64,000 bases of DNA from Candidatus Daviesbacteria bacterium (GCA_016176465.1 JACOXD010000011.1:12318-76317); one strand, 5' to 3'; positions 37,281 to 48,437 are shown, numbered from the stretch's first letter. Translations and numbers: made by a program. The notes: generated by a model from the letters alone, not told the origin.

Positions 37281-38677
37281 TTTAATTCTGGGAACTGCAG
37301 TGGCAAAATTTTATTTAAACTATCCTCTACTTTTTTAAGATATACTATATTAAATTTGGGGAAATATAAAAAAGTTGCAGGAGCATCATCTTGCAGTATT
37401 TTTTGAAAATCATAATACCTTAATTTTCTTTCCTTCTGATCTGTAATTTTTCTACCGTCCTCTAAATTTTTGTCTACTCTGGCTGAAAAGTTAGATGTTT
37501 TGCTGTTATACCTTGAGATATTAGTTTGGCTTTGGGTTGAGTGCCAAAGTGAATATTGGTCAGGATCAGAAGGTATATTTTGGGCAATTAATAATGCTTG
37601 GTAGTTTTGGGGTATACCACTTTCTACTTGTAACCTTGCCTTTATTCCTTGTTTCTTCCACTCTTTAATTACCTGCTCTCCCACTTCTTTTAAATTAGTT
37701 GTTACTGTCAAAGTTATTGTGGAGGAAGCCCCGTTTTTTACTTTCTCCAATGCTTCGTCAGATTCCTTTGGTTTGCTTAAAAATTCTCTTACTTCATCAT
37801 TGTATGCCCAAGAGGATTGAGGGATAGAAGTTTTTGCTGCTGTCTCTCCCTTAATTTTTGGAGCAGCATAACTTAAGGCCAACCTAAAATTTTTATCAGA
37901 CAAAACTTCGTCTTGAGTGTTATAAAAAATCGCTACAATCCTTTGAAAGTTTGTTTTTGACCAAGAGGTAAAAGGTTTTTGATCGTTAAAATCGGAGGTA
38001 GAATTTACTGCGATCAAACTTTGGATTTCTCCCATCTGCAGGGCATTTTTAGCAATTTTTTCATTAGGATAAAATCTAATGACTACGTTTGGTAAACTAT
38101 AGTCATCGTTTGTTAAAACAATTTTATTTATAAAAACTTTATTACGGGGATCTTTATATAGATTGGCCACTTTATAGGGCCCAATACCCACTAGAGAGCC
38201 TTCCTTTAGTATTGGTCTTGTAAGTAAAGATGGAAGTGGGCTAAAAGAGTCCAAAAGTTCAAATTTAATGGTTAAATCATTAGGATAGGTTATTTTGACA
38301 TCTTCTATTGCTACCCCTAGCTGGGATGATTTTACTGAGTTTCCATCACTCCATTTCAAATCCTTTTTCAAATTAAATGTGTATACCTTAGCATCTTCGC
38401 TTACCTGCCAATTATTTACCAAATTTGCTTTTGGGGACCCTTTATCATCCATAATAACCAAACCCTTAGATAAAAGGTTGGTTACAGCTTGGGGGATATC
38501 ATTTTCAGTATATGTTCCAACAATCCCTTGGGTAATTGTTTTTCTAAATACTTTTTCCTTAAAGTACCAAAAAGCACCGGTCGCGACAGTAATTACAATT
38601 ATTACAAGTAAAAGTGTGCGAAAATGCCGTTTTAAATATCTAAAGAAAAGGTAGAGAAAAAAATTAATATTCCTCAC
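37277..38677 (-). CDS. ABC transporter substrate-binding protein, family 5 (peptide/nickel)
   Basis: YTFNLKKDLKWSDGNSV SBP_bac_5 signature; N-terminal TM anchor. Confidence 0.6.
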   Translation of the reverse strand: MRNINFFLYLFFRYLKRHFRTLLLVIIVITVATGAFWYFKEKVFRKTITQGIVGTYTENDIPQAVTNLLSKGLVIMDDKGSPKANLVNNWQVSEDAKVYTFNLKKDLKWSDGNSVKSSQLGVAIEDVKITYPNDLTIKFELLDSFSPLPSLLTRPILKEGSLVGIGPYKVANLYKDPRNKVFINKIVLTNDDYSLPNVVIRFYPNEKIAKNALQMGEIQSLIAVNSTSDFNDQKPFTSWSKTNFQRIVAIFYNTQDEVLSDKNFRLALSYAAPKIKGETAAKTSIPQSSWAYNDEVREFLSKPKESDEALEKVKNGASSTITLTVTTNLKEVGEQVIKEWKKQGIKARLQVESGIPQNYQALLIAQNIPSDPDQYSLWHSTQSQTNISRYNSKTSNFSARVDKNLEDGRKITDQKERKLRYYDFQKILQDDAPATFLYFPKFNIVYLKKVEDSLNKILPLQFPELN

Positions 38678-38892
38678 AGTATTACTGAAATTGTGGAAAC
38701 TATTAAAAAGACTGATGCAATTATAATAGTCAAAATAAAAAGAAGTTTTTCTGCACCCCTTTTAGTTCCATAAAAGCCCATATCCCCTCCAAAGGTGGTG
38801 CCAATTCCTGAACCTCTTGATTGTAAAAGGATTAAAGCAACCAGAATTATTGCTAATATTATTTGGATTAAATAAAAAAATTGTTTAACCAT
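38674..38892 (-). CDS. secG: Preprotein translocase subunit SecG
   Basis: LILLQSRGSGIGTTFGG ... FYGTKRGAEKLL pattern typical of SecG. Confidence 0.65.
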   Translation of the reverse strand: MVKQFFYLIQIILAIILVALILLQSRGSGIGTTFGGDMGFYGTKRGAEKLLFILTIIIASVFLIVSTISVIL

Positions 38893-38893
38893 T

Positions 38894-39298
38894 TTACTTT
38901 TTTACTAGCCAGTAAATAAAATGCGTTGTTAATCCTATCACGAATGAAGCCAAAATTGCTACATGCAACGTGTTTAGATCCAAAGGAGGGATTAAAATCC
39001 CATTTAAGCTTACTCCTTCAAAATGAAAAGGAACTATTTTAAACTCAGAAACTATAGCAGTTAAAAAATACAAGGCTAATACATTTACTGCCCAAGAAAA
39101 AAGTCCCAAAGTTAGCAAGTTAAGCGGTAAAAACATTAATCTTAAAACAGGAACCACAAAAAAATTAATTCCCATAAAAACTATAGATGCTAGAAGCAAG
39201 GTCTGAAACCCACCCTCTAAAACTAATCCAGGAAGTATTTTAGTAGCTAAAAGTAGAGCAACTAAATTAATGAGTAAATGGCGAAGTATTCCTTTCAC
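38894..39298 (-). CDS. DUF360/phage-holin-4_2 family membrane protein (YvlD-like)
   Basis: 4 TM; LLINLVALLLATKILPGLVLEGGFQTLL pattern. Confidence 0.5.
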   Translation of the reverse strand: MKGILRHLLINLVALLLATKILPGLVLEGGFQTLLLASIVFMGINFFVVPVLRLMFLPLNLLTLGLFSWAVNVLALYFLTAIVSEFKIVPFHFEGVSLNGILIPPLDLNTLHVAILASFVIGLTTHFIYWLVKK

Positions 39299-39305
39299 AA
39301 ATTAA

Positions 39306-40619
39306 TTATATACCTACTCTGCTAAACATTTTTTTACTTCTTAACTTAAGGTGATAGTTAAGTGCAAAACGGTGGGATTCATCTCTGATTTTTTGCAATA
39401 AACGAAGAGACATTCTTCTTTTAGGGATCTTTACAATTTCTCCCTCAATTGGATATAACCTCTCCATTTTTTTTGCCAATCCAAATATAGGAATACTTAC
39501 TTCTCGTTTCTCTAAGATAGCGGCCACCCCTCTAACCTGACCTCTCCCTCCATCGATTATAATTAAATCTGGAAAGGGCCACTCAGGATGATTTAGTCTC
39601 CTCCTCATCATCTCAGATAGCATTGCTACATCATTAGGTTTTCCAGTAATTTTTATTTTAAACTTTCGATACTGCGATTTATCTATTTCTCCATTTGCTA
39701 AAACTACAAGTGATCCTGAAGCTTCCCCCCCTTGAATATTAGAAATATCATAACCTTCAATCCTCTTAGGCAAATTAGGCAATTTCAAATCCGTCATTAG
39801 CTGCTTTAATCCCAACTTATTTTGGTCTTCCAAAAAATTAGGATTATCTAAATACATTGAAATCTCAGTTGGTTGGGTAATATATTCAATCCCAGAAATT
39901 GTTTTCTTTAAAGTTTCTGCCTTTTCAAATTGCAAGTTTTTTGCAAGATCTTTCATTTCAACTTGCAACTCACTTAACAAAACTTCTTTTTCTCCACCTA
40001 TAAATTTAATAAAGCGGTTAATAATTTTTCGGTACTCTTTTGCATCTATCAAACCTATACAGGCTCCGGGACAAAGTCTTAGATGATAGTAAAAACATGG
40101 TCTAGCTTTCCAATCCCGGATTGGATTTGAATTGACAATCCGGGATTGGATGGTTATTTTCGATGGATTAGAACACCAAGGGAAGACTCTCCTTATTTTT
40201 TTTAAAGTTTGATTAACAGTACGGGATGAAGGAAAAGGACCAAAATATTTCAATGCATCGCTTAGTTCCTGCTTTCTGGAAGTTATTATCCTTGGGAACT
40301 TTTCCTTAGTGACTTTAATATAAAGATAATCTTTATTATCAGTTAAGCGGACGTTAAAGGTGGGCAAATTTTTTTTAATTAAATTGGCTTCCAAAATAAG
40401 TGCTTCTAATTCCGATTCCACCACAAAAAAAACAATGTCGGCAATACTTTCTACTAATTGGGCTGTTTTTAAAGATGATCTATCTCTAAAATAGGAGGCA
40501 ACCCTGGACTTTAAATCTACTGCTTTGCCCACATATAAAATGTCACCTTTTAAATCTTTAAATATGTAAACGCCACTTTTGTGAGGAATATCCTCTTTCG
40601 ATAAATTCTTGGGAATCAT
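39306..40619 (-). CDS. uvrC: Excinuclease ABC subunit C (short form lacking C-terminal HhH2) with in-frame palindromic insertion
   Basis: GIY-YIG SGVYIFKDLKGDILYVGKA, UVR domain, RDESHRFAL; 437 aa. Confidence 0.8.
   Translation of the reverse strand: MIPKNLSKEDIPHKSGVYIFKDLKGDILYVGKAVDLKSRVASYFRDRSSLKTAQLVESIADIVFFVVESELEALILEANLIKKNLPTFNVRLTDNKDYLYIKVTKEKFPRIITSRKQELSDALKYFGPFPSSRTVNQTLKKIRRVFPWCSNPSKITIQSRIVNSNPIRDWKARPCFYYHLRLCPGACIGLIDAKEYRKIINRFIKFIGGEKEVLLSELQVEMKDLAKNLQFEKAETLKKTISGIEYITQPTEISMYLDNPNFLEDQNKLGLKQLMTDLKLPNLPKRIEGYDISNIQGGEASGSLVVLANGEIDKSQYRKFKIKITGKPNDVAMLSEMMRRRLNHPEWPFPDLIIIDGGRGQVRGVAAILEKREVSIPIFGLAKKMERLYPIEGEIVKIPKRRMSLRLLQKIRDESHRFALNYHLKLRSKKMFSRVGI
40110..40149. 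repeat. RPE-like palindromic element (15-bp stem CCAATCCCGGATTGG/CCAATCCGGGATTGG) in frame within uvrC
   Basis: Encodes IQSRIVNSNPIRDW; read in a different frame from the dinB/uvrB copies. Confidence 0.7.
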
Positions 40620-40641
40620 TTAAGGAATTATTATAACCCAA

Positions 40642-42486
40642 TTATCTTCTTTTTTTTCTTTTATTTCTGGTGGGCTGATTATTAGTTTTTAAATGGAAAA
40701 TTAGAGTTAATAAATATATTAAAATCATGCTACCGATAATTCCAGATACTAAAAGAGGCAGTAAACTTAGTGAGAAAAAGGGATTTACTTTAATAGGTCT
40801 ATTAAAGAGCTCCTCATTAATTTTTATTTGTAAAACATCATCAGTTTTTTTCCAAAAAGGATTTGCTGAAATACTAAATCGATATTCAAAAAGACCAAAG
40901 GGAGCAATAGCATCTACGTTTACAACTTTCAAAGGATTAATTTCTAAATCTTTAGCTAAAAAAGAAACGGTTGCGGGTTTTGAATAAGCAAAACCGTTAT
41001 TGGCTATCTTAACTTTCCCTTTAGATGGAAAACCTGCCAAAATTTCTGCGGGAATATCTATAGAGTACTCCAGTTTTGCATCCGCTATAAGAGTTTTATC
41101 AGTAAGAGTTTGATCCCTGGGTGCAATTTTTACTTGGGTTGGCCAGATTAAATCTTTCATAATTCCCTGGTGGGAAACTTTTAAATGACTTAAATCCAAT
41201 TTATTAAAATAATCCTGCCCAGAAATTGATTGCATCGTTGGGTCAATCATTATCCAACCTCTAGCCGGATCATAAAACTCCACTAAAAAGTTAGGTGTCT
41301 GAGTATTTAAGGTAGCCCCAACTACCAATCTGGTAGGAATTTTAGCTCCTCTTGAGAGGGCAATGAATAAATCTGCATATTCTAGACTCAAAGCATCCTC
41401 CGGATTATTTAATACAGTTAGAGCTCCAAGACGATAGTCATTATTGCTTAAATACCTTTCTTGGTTAAATTGCAAATGATTACCTACAAAATTTTGAATT
41501 AACTCTGCCTTTTGGTGATTTGTAAGCTTGTCCTTATCTTTTAAAATTTCTAAAAGTTTTTGTTTAACTGCTGGATCATCTTTCTGCCAAAAAGTGCTTG
41601 ATCCCAAATATTTATTAAGATTTGCCTCTTCTTCAATTTGAGGTTTTACTCTAGGATTAAGAGAAATTGAAGCAGTACCATTTATTATTACATCTCTTGT
41701 TCCCCTGATTGGAAGTTTAAATAAAGCTAGAAAATTGCCATCAGTGTCTAAAACTACATTTTCCGGTTGCGGACTTATTTTTTCTATATTAATTTCCTGT
41801 AGGGTAGTATTTGAAGGAAGCGCAACAGAGGCTATTGATGGTAGCAGTGAATTATTTTGCAATTTATATACAATTTCAAAAGTAGTGGTTTGTTTCTCCC
41901 CAAAAATCATTTTTACACCCTTTCCTTGGATTTGATCTTTGGAAAAGTTAAATACTAGATTTCCTCCAATCTCAGAAATTGTTTCTGGCTCCGGTAAGAT
42001 TAAGGTGGGATCTCCCCAAGAAGTAGGAGTTATTAAACTTAAGTTAATATTTTCCACCTCTTCTGCCAAGGCAAGTTTAGGAATAAAGATTTGGACATTT
42101 TTCCCAAACTTTTGGGAAAAATCATTGGATTCGTAAGATACATTAAATATATTTTCTTTATCAACTCCGGTAATTTGTTGGTTTAAATTTATCTCTAAGT
42201 TAGTAAGATTATTTTCTCTTTTAGTGTTTACAGTTAGCGGTACCTGATTATCAGATGCTTTAATGTTTACTAAATTGGTTGATGGGACTAATATATTAAA
42301 TTTAGTTGCATAAAAAGTGGGTGTTAAATTTTTTAAAGTAACCTTTTGTTCAACTAGTGCTTTTCCATCATTTTCGATTTTATAGGTAATGTCATATGAA
42401 GTTTTGAACTCATTAGCAGCCAAAACAGTCGATGTAAAAAAGAAGAAGCCGATGATGTAAAAAAGGAAAATAATCAATTTGTTCAT
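40642..42486 (-). CDS. Secreted surface protein with C-terminal TM anchor and basic tail
   Basis: Signal peptide; C-terminus LLPLLVSGIIGSMILIYLLTLIF...RNKRKKRR. Confidence 0.4.
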   Translation of the reverse strand: MNKLIIFLFYIIGFFFFTSTVLAANEFKTSYDITYKIENDGKALVEQKVTLKNLTPTFYATKFNILVPSTNLVNIKASDNQVPLTVNTKRENNLTNLEINLNQQITGVDKENIFNVSYESNDFSQKFGKNVQIFIPKLALAEEVENINLSLITPTSWGDPTLILPEPETISEIGGNLVFNFSKDQIQGKGVKMIFGEKQTTTFEIVYKLQNNSLLPSIASVALPSNTTLQEINIEKISPQPENVVLDTDGNFLALFKLPIRGTRDVIINGTASISLNPRVKPQIEEEANLNKYLGSSTFWQKDDPAVKQKLLEILKDKDKLTNHQKAELIQNFVGNHLQFNQERYLSNNDYRLGALTVLNNPEDALSLEYADLFIALSRGAKIPTRLVVGATLNTQTPNFLVEFYDPARGWIMIDPTMQSISGQDYFNKLDLSHLKVSHQGIMKDLIWPTQVKIAPRDQTLTDKTLIADAKLEYSIDIPAEILAGFPSKGKVKIANNGFAYSKPATVSFLAKDLEINPLKVVNVDAIAPFGLFEYRFSISANPFWKKTDDVLQIKINEELFNRPIKVNPFFSLSLLPLLVSGIIGSMILIYLLTLIFHLKTNNQPTRNKRKKRR

Positions 42487-42534
42487 AATGCAATTTTAAC
42501 ATTTAAACAAGCATTTCTTAAGGTTTAGAGCAAT

Positions 42535-43265
42535 TAGCTTGACACTAGCTTGACACCTGAAAGGTGTACGCATAAACTTTACTAGTATATGCCTGGTAGA
42601 CTTGTACCCCTAGTTAATGGAGAGTTTTATCATATTTATAATCGTGGTAGTGATAAGCGCAATATTTTTTTGCAAAATAGAGATTACATCAGATTTCAAA
42701 AAACTTTTTATTATTACCAATTTTTAGGTCCGAAGGTAAGATTTTCTAAATTTGCTAAATCTACCTTAAACCTCTTTAATCCAACACTAAATGAAAAATT
42801 AGTAGAAATTCTCTGCTTTTGTTTAATGCCTAATCATTTCCACCTACTTTTGGTTCAACAAAAAGAAAACGGCATTTCTTCCTTTATTAGTCAACTTGCT
42901 AATAGCTACACCAAGTACTTTAATACGAAATATTCTAGGGTAGGTGCATTATTTCAAGGAGTTTTTAAGTCTGTGCGGATTTCATCAGATGAGCAGCTAA
43001 TTCATATATCACGCTACATACATATTAACCCAATAGTATCTGGTTTAACAAAGAACCTCAAAAACTATAAGTGGTCATCATATTCTGAATACTTACGAAA
43101 TAGAGAAACTTTTTGCCAGATCAGCACTATTTTAAATCTTTTCCCTTCTTCCAAAAAATACTCTGAGTTTATTGAAAATCAAATTAGCTATGGAACCACT
43201 CTCGAAATGATTAAACATCAAAAAATTGATTAATTAAATTCGTGCGGACACCTGAAAGGTGCAAA
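42535..43265 (+). mobile_element. IS200/IS605-like element, second copy
   Basis: LE tagcttgaca-tagcttgacacctgaaaggtgtac (42535-42568) with TTGACA/TAAACT promoter; RE hairpin cacctgaaaggtg 43249-43261. Confidence 0.6.
42589..43233 (+). CDS. tnpA: IS200-like / REP-associated tyrosine (HUH, Y1) transposase
   Basis: LMPNHFHLLL and SRYIHINPI; paralog of 8126-8800. Confidence 0.75.
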   Translation: MPGRLVPLVNGEFYHIYNRGSDKRNIFLQNRDYIRFQKTFYYYQFLGPKVRFSKFAKSTLNLFNPTLNEKLVEILCFCLMPNHFHLLLVQQKENGISSFISQLANSYTKYFNTKYSRVGALFQGVFKSVRISSDEQLIHISRYIHINPIVSGLTKNLKNYKWSSYSEYLRNRETFCQISTILNLFPSSKKYSEFIENQISYGTTLEMIKHQKID

Positions 43266-43266
43266 G

Positions 43267-46170
43267 TTAAATAACTTTTGCTAAATATTGACCTGTGTAA
43301 GAGGATTTATTCTTTGCAATGTCTTTTGGAGTACCTTCTGCTATTACTTTTCCACCTAAATCTCCACCTTCAGGTCCTAAATCTATTACCCAGTCTGCGT
43401 TTTTAATTACATCTAAGTTGTGTTCAATAATCAAAACAGTATTTCCCAGGTTAACTAACTTTGTCAAAATTGTCAGTAACCTTTCTATATCTGCAAAGTG
43501 CAAACCAGTTGTAGGCTCATCCAGAATATACAAAGTAAGTCCTGTTTGTCTTTTGGATAATTCCGTTGCTAGTTTTATTCTTTGGGCTTCTCCACCTGAT
43601 AAAGTTGGCGCAGGTTGACCCAAGTGAATATAACCTAATCCTACCTCATTTAAAACTTGTAATTTATTTTTAGCTTGTGGGATATTGGCAAAAAATTCCA
43701 GTGCCTCCTCAACTGTCATATCTAGCACATCAGCAATATTTTTATCCTTAAAGTGAATTTCCAAAGCTTCTCTGTTATAACGTTTCCCATTACATGCCTC
43801 ACAAGTTACATAAATATCAGGCAAAAATTGCATCTCTATTTTAATTTGTCCTTCTCCCTCGCAAACTTCACACCTACCTCCTTTTACATTAAAAGAAAAC
43901 CTACCTGGCTTATATCCTTTAATTTTTGCCTCAGGGGAGGTTGCAAATAACTCTCTAATAAAAGTAAAAAGTCCTGTATAAGTTGCTGGATTAGATCTAG
44001 GCGTTCTGCCAATAGGTGATTGATCAACTAAAATTACTTTATCAATATTCTCATCCCCCTCCAATCTTTCAAATTTGCCCGGACGTTCTTTAGAGTGATA
44101 AAACTTAGAAGCTAGGGATTTAAACAAAATATCATGGATTAAAGTAGATTTACCCGATCCAGAAACCCCTGTTATAGCTATGAAATTACCCAAAGGGAAC
44201 TCTACATCAACATTTTTTAAGTTATGTTCCGAGGCTCCCAAAACTTTTAAAATGGTGGTATTTTCTTTAATTAATCCGTTAGTCTTGACTTCCACCTTTT
44301 TTCTACCTGCCAAATAAGCACCGGTCAAGCTCTGCTTATTTTTCATTAACTCCAAAGGAGTCCCAGTAGCAACAATTTTTCCGCCGTGTTCTCCAGCTCC
44401 CGGGCCGATTTCATAAAGAATGTCGGCGTTTTCCATTGTTTCACTATCATGCTCACTAACAATAACTGTATTTCCCAAGTCTCTTAACTTTTTTAGGGTT
44501 GTAATTAATCTTCTATTATCTCGCTGGTGCAATCCAATTGATGGTTCATCTAAAACATATAAAACCCCTGATAAACCTGAACCTATCTGGGAAGCAAGCC
44601 TAATTCTTTGTGCTTCTCCTCCTGCCAAAGTCATAGAAGAGCGATCTAGCGTTAAATAATTTAAACCAACGTCCATTAAAAACTGTAATCTTGATTCAAT
44701 CTCTTTAACTACAGGTTTAGCAATTGTTAATTCCCGTTCACTAAGCAATGGGGTTTTTAACTCCTTAACCCAATCCAAACCCTGAGCTATGGATTGAGAA
44801 GTAACTTCGGAAATGTTGGAATCATTAATAGTGATGGATAAAACTTCATCTTTTAACCTTGCGCCGTTACACTTGGGACAAATCTCCCGCAGCATGTATT
44901 TTTCAATTTCACCCTTAACATAATCAGACTCGGTTTCAGAGTAGCGCTCTTTTAAATAAGGCACGATCCCCTGGAAAGTTGAGTAAAAATGAGTCCATCG
45001 TCCTTGCCTATTTTTACCTTCAACTTTAAACTGCTTGTCTCCATCCCCAAATAATAATACTTTTCTGGCCTGCGCGGATAGCTGGCCAAGTCTGGTACTC
45101 AGATCAAAACCATACTCTGCCCCGACAGCTTCAATAAGCCTGGAAAACCAGGTTTCCGATCCAGCTAAACGCTGCCAGGGCAAAATGCCTCCTTCTCTAA
45201 TAGATAAAATAGGATTTAAGATTGCATCAGCATCTATTTCTAAAAGTGACCCAAGTCCCGCGCAAGTAGGACAAGCTCCATGAGGAGAGTTAAAAGAAAA
45301 AGTTCTTGGTTCTATTTCAGGCAAAGCAATGTTATCTACTGGACAAGCAAACCGCTCTGAATATAAATGATCCTCCATTTTTTTGGGGTTAGTAGGGAAT
45401 TCTAAAGAGGCATCCAAGACTTCCGAAACAATTAATGTTCCCTCCCCCAACTTTAGCGCTGTTTCAACTGATTGATTGAGTCTGGATTTAACTTGTGAAT
45501 CTTTAATAGATTTAGCGTCTAAACTCAATCTATCAACCAGCGCATCAATACTATGTTTATTAGTTTTAATTAACATTAAATCCTCTGATAAATCCCTAAT
45601 CTGCCTATCAATTCTGGCTCTTGAAAATCCTTTTTTCGCAAGATCATCTAAAAGAGAGCTATACTCCCCCTTTCTATCTTTAACAATAGGGGCTAAAATC
45701 ATTATCCTTTTTATCTTTCTATTTGATCCTTCGACTACGCTTTGGATAACGCTCTGTGTTATTTGCTCAACACTCATTCTGGATATTTCCCTGCCACAAA
45801 TAGGACAATGCGGGTGACCAACTCTGGCAAAAAGTAATCTTAAATAATCATAAACTTCTGTTGTAGTGCCTACTGTAGAGCGAGGATTGTGAGAGGCGCT
45901 CTTTTGGTCAATTGAAATAGCCGGAGATAACCCTTCTATATAATCTACATCTGGCTTATCCATTACTCCTAAAAACTGTCTAGCATAAGCACTCAAAGAT
46001 TCTACATATCTTCTTTGCCCTTCAGCATATAAGGTATCAAAAGCTAAGGAAGATTTCCCCGAACCAGAGATACCTGTAAAAACTACTAATTTATTTTTCG
46101 GTATAACTAAATCTATATTCTTAAGATTATGCTGCCTGGCTCCTTTTATAATAATTTTATCTGTTGACAA
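43267..46170 (-). CDS. uvrA: Excinuclease ABC subunit A
   Basis: Two ABC ATPase modules, [33 protein letters not shown], Zn-finger Cys; TTG start. Confidence 0.95.
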   Translation of the reverse strand: MSTDKIIIKGARQHNLKNIDLVIPKNKLVVFTGISGSGKSSLAFDTLYAEGQRRYVESLSAYARQFLGVMDKPDVDYIEGLSPAISIDQKSASHNPRSTVGTTTEVYDYLRLLFARVGHPHCPICGREISRMSVEQITQSVIQSVVEGSNRKIKRIMILAPIVKDRKGEYSSLLDDLAKKGFSRARIDRQIRDLSEDLMLIKTNKHSIDALVDRLSLDAKSIKDSQVKSRLNQSVETALKLGEGTLIVSEVLDASLEFPTNPKKMEDHLYSERFACPVDNIALPEIEPRTFSFNSPHGACPTCAGLGSLLEIDADAILNPILSIREGGILPWQRLAGSETWFSRLIEAVGAEYGFDLSTRLGQLSAQARKVLLFGDGDKQFKVEGKNRQGRWTHFYSTFQGIVPYLKERYSETESDYVKGEIEKYMLREICPKCNGARLKDEVLSITINDSNISEVTSQSIAQGLDWVKELKTPLLSERELTIAKPVVKEIESRLQFLMDVGLNYLTLDRSSMTLAGGEAQRIRLASQIGSGLSGVLYVLDEPSIGLHQRDNRRLITTLKKLRDLGNTVIVSEHDSETMENADILYEIGPGAGEHGGKIVATGTPLELMKNKQSLTGAYLAGRKKVEVKTNGLIKENTTILKVLGASEHNLKNVDVEFPLGNFIAITGVSGSGKSTLIHDILFKSLASKFYHSKERPGKFERLEGDENIDKVILVDQSPIGRTPRSNPATYTGLFTFIRELFATSPEAKIKGYKPGRFSFNVKGGRCEVCEGEGQIKIEMQFLPDIYVTCEACNGKRYNREALEIHFKDKNIADVLDMTVEEALEFFANIPQAKNKLQVLNEVGLGYIHLGQPAPTLSGGEAQRIKLATELSKRQTGLTLYILDEPTTGLHFADIERLLTILTKLVNLGNTVLIIEHNLDVIKNADWVIDLGPEGGDLGGKVIAEGTPKDIAKNKSSYTGQYLAKVI

Positions 46171-46254
46171 GGATTCGGGTTCCTTTCGCCCTAAAAAGCA
46201 ATCTATTTTAACATAAAAAATTAACTTTTTAAAGACTAAGTTAGTAGCTAAAGA

Positions 46255-47874
46255 CTATTTAGGGATTTGCAGGCTATAAACTGGAATTTTTAAATCTATT
46301 TTTTTCATCCCCTCTAAAATTTCTGAATTGGTTAGTAAAATTGAAGTAGCGGGAACTTTAGTTCCGGGAGTCCACTTAAGTATTTTTCTATCAAAGTAAG
46401 AGCTTTCAAAAAATTTGGCGGCGTATCCATCACTTCTATAAATATCTGACTCTATGAAAGGTTCCAATTTATTTTTTTTAGCCTCCTTTGACAACATAAA
46501 ATAAGAATCATGGGAATTGTTGCTAAAATGCGCTCTAACTTCTACAGGATACTTAAAGTAGTAAAATCCTAAAAAATCTACATAATTCAAAGTTAATAAG
46601 ATCGCTCCTGTTAAGAAAGATGCGCTAAGAGCTTTCTTTTTCCACAAGCTTCTTGCCCTATTTCTCAATTCCCACAGACGATATCCTCCATATGAGGCTA
46701 CCACAATATATGGTGGAAGCATCGCCAATAATCTATTGGCACGATGGAAAGAACCTACGAGTCCAAAAAACAAAGGAGCAAATAGAAAGCAGGCTAAACA
46801 AAAAACGACAAAGGAATTTTTTCTAATTGCCTGATATGCTCCTATTAAAAATAAAGGCAAACTTGTCAAAAGGAGTGCCCCGTGTTTGCCTGTTGAATGA
46901 TAAGGAGTGGCATCCCCGCTAACGTATAAAAATGCAGGGTCAAAATTAGATAAATAGTAATAAAAAAAGTTTTGATAGGAATCTATTGAAGGATTACTTC
47001 CACCAGCAATTGCTCCAGCGTATTTTAACTCAAGGATAGGAATTATGGCAAAAAAAGGGAGTAAAGCTATAGAAAAAACTAAAATTGCTTTAAAAGATTT
47101 AATTATGGTTTGTTTAGAGAAATCAAATTTAGAGTTTAAATAAACAATGTATAGGTAAGTAAGAACAGCCCAGACAGGTACAAAAAGCCTAAGTGCTTTA
47201 TAACTGTAAAAACTAATCCCTAAAGAGAGAGCTGACAAAGTTAAATAGCGCCACTTGCCTTTTCTTTGGTATAAAAGTATACCCAGTAAAAAAATAATTA
47301 TAAAAGGAACTGGTGCAATGTTTTCATGGGCTAAATGGGCCTGGATCATTAAAATTGGGGTAGTTGCAAGTAAAGTTACTCCTAAAACTGCTAATTTCCA
47401 GCCTTCAAATTTATAAAGCAGAAAAAAAATTAAAACAATACTCAAAAGAGCAAAAATTACACTAACTAACCTTAGATTGTAATAGGAGGCACCCAAGACC
47501 TTAAAAATTAGAACCATTGTATATTGATAAACTGGATTGCGCCAGTCTTTTCCATCAAGAGTCAAAACAAAAAAAGGGAGGAATCTATTATTTTCATCCC
47601 TTAAATTTTTAGAAAGTAATACACCATTAAAACCTGATGATGCTTCATCAGAGTTTATTCCTGGTGGAACATCTAGGAGCTTAAATGAAAATAAAAAATA
47701 AAAAATGACTAGTATTATTAAGCTAATAAAAAAGACAAAAACCTTATTTTTAAGAGAAAGAGTAGGCATATTTTGAGTGTAACACAATTTTAATTCTTTC
47801 TTGACAAGTGGCTTATCTAATCTTATAGTTTCAAAATATGTACAGAGAATCTTTAAGATATACACCCATTTCAC
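46255..47874 (-). CDS. GT-C family membrane glycosyltransferase (PMT/ArnT-like)
   Basis: 539 aa, ~12 TM. Confidence 0.45.
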   Translation of the reverse strand: MKWVYILKILCTYFETIRLDKPLVKKELKLCYTQNMPTLSLKNKVFVFFISLIILVIFYFLFSFKLLDVPPGINSDEASSGFNGVLLSKNLRDENNRFLPFFVLTLDGKDWRNPVYQYTMVLIFKVLGASYYNLRLVSVIFALLSIVLIFFLLYKFEGWKLAVLGVTLLATTPILMIQAHLAHENIAPVPFIIIFLLGILLYQRKGKWRYLTLSALSLGISFYSYKALRLFVPVWAVLTYLYIVYLNSKFDFSKQTIIKSFKAILVFSIALLPFFAIIPILELKYAGAIAGGSNPSIDSYQNFFYYYLSNFDPAFLYVSGDATPYHSTGKHGALLLTSLPLFLIGAYQAIRKNSFVVFCLACFLFAPLFFGLVGSFHRANRLLAMLPPYIVVASYGGYRLWELRNRARSLWKKKALSASFLTGAILLTLNYVDFLGFYYFKYPVEVRAHFSNNSHDSYFMLSKEAKKNKLEPFIESDIYRSDGYAAKFFESSYFDRKILKWTPGTKVPATSILLTNSEILEGMKKIDLKIPVYSLQIPK

Positions 47875-48437
47875 TTAGACTGTTAGCCTTGGGAGGCTTA
47901 AGCCTGGCACTCGGAGCGGCAACTGCTTACTATGATGCTCACTTTAATCCTTTGCAAACTTTTACAATTGATTCGGACGCTTCACGAACTTCAAAGTTAA
48001 GCCGTATAAAAGTTGAACGAAGCAGACTAACTGTCACTTTAGACAAGCCAGGGGATTTTAGCAGTGCTAGAGGGATAATTGATCTGGGTAGTGGTCCAGA
48101 ATACATACTTCCAAAAAAAACTCCTTTTCCACTAGATCCTTATGAGGAGGATTTTAACTCTAGATTTCCACCAAGTTGTAGCTCATATTCTCAAATGGGA
48201 GATATGCGTTTGGAACTTTGTATGAAGTACGGTATTCCAAATGATGAAATTGAAATCAACCTCGGGAAATCCCTTAGCGAAGGGCCAAAAAGTCGAAGTT
48301 TATTTTTTCATCGTAGCCTTATTGGATTAAAAAAAATTTTAGTTCGTTGGACAAACTGGAGGCTAGGACAGGTTTTACTTATTAAAGACTCAGTTGATAT
48401 TCCAGTTTCAGTAGAAACCAAATCCCAAGCTTATTAA
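47838..48437 (+). CDS. Secreted hypothetical protein (GC-richer)
   Basis: Signal peptide LRLLALGGLSLALGAATA. Confidence 0.3.
   Translation: MYRESLRYTPISLRLLALGGLSLALGAATAYYDAHFNPLQTFTIDSDASRTSKLSRIKVERSRLTVTLDKPGDFSSARGIIDLGSGPEYILPKKTPFPLDPYEEDFNSRFPPSCSSYSQMGDMRLELCMKYGIPNDEIEINLGKSLSEGPKSRSLFFHRSLIGLKKILVRWTNWRLGQVLLIKDSVDIPVSVETKSQAY

Noticed and set aside
46168-46170. uvrA annotated with an ATG start
   Set aside because: The only in-frame initiator adjacent to MSTDKII is TTG (reverse complement of caa at 46168-46170); no upstream ATG before the next feature, so a TTG start is accepted rather than extending.
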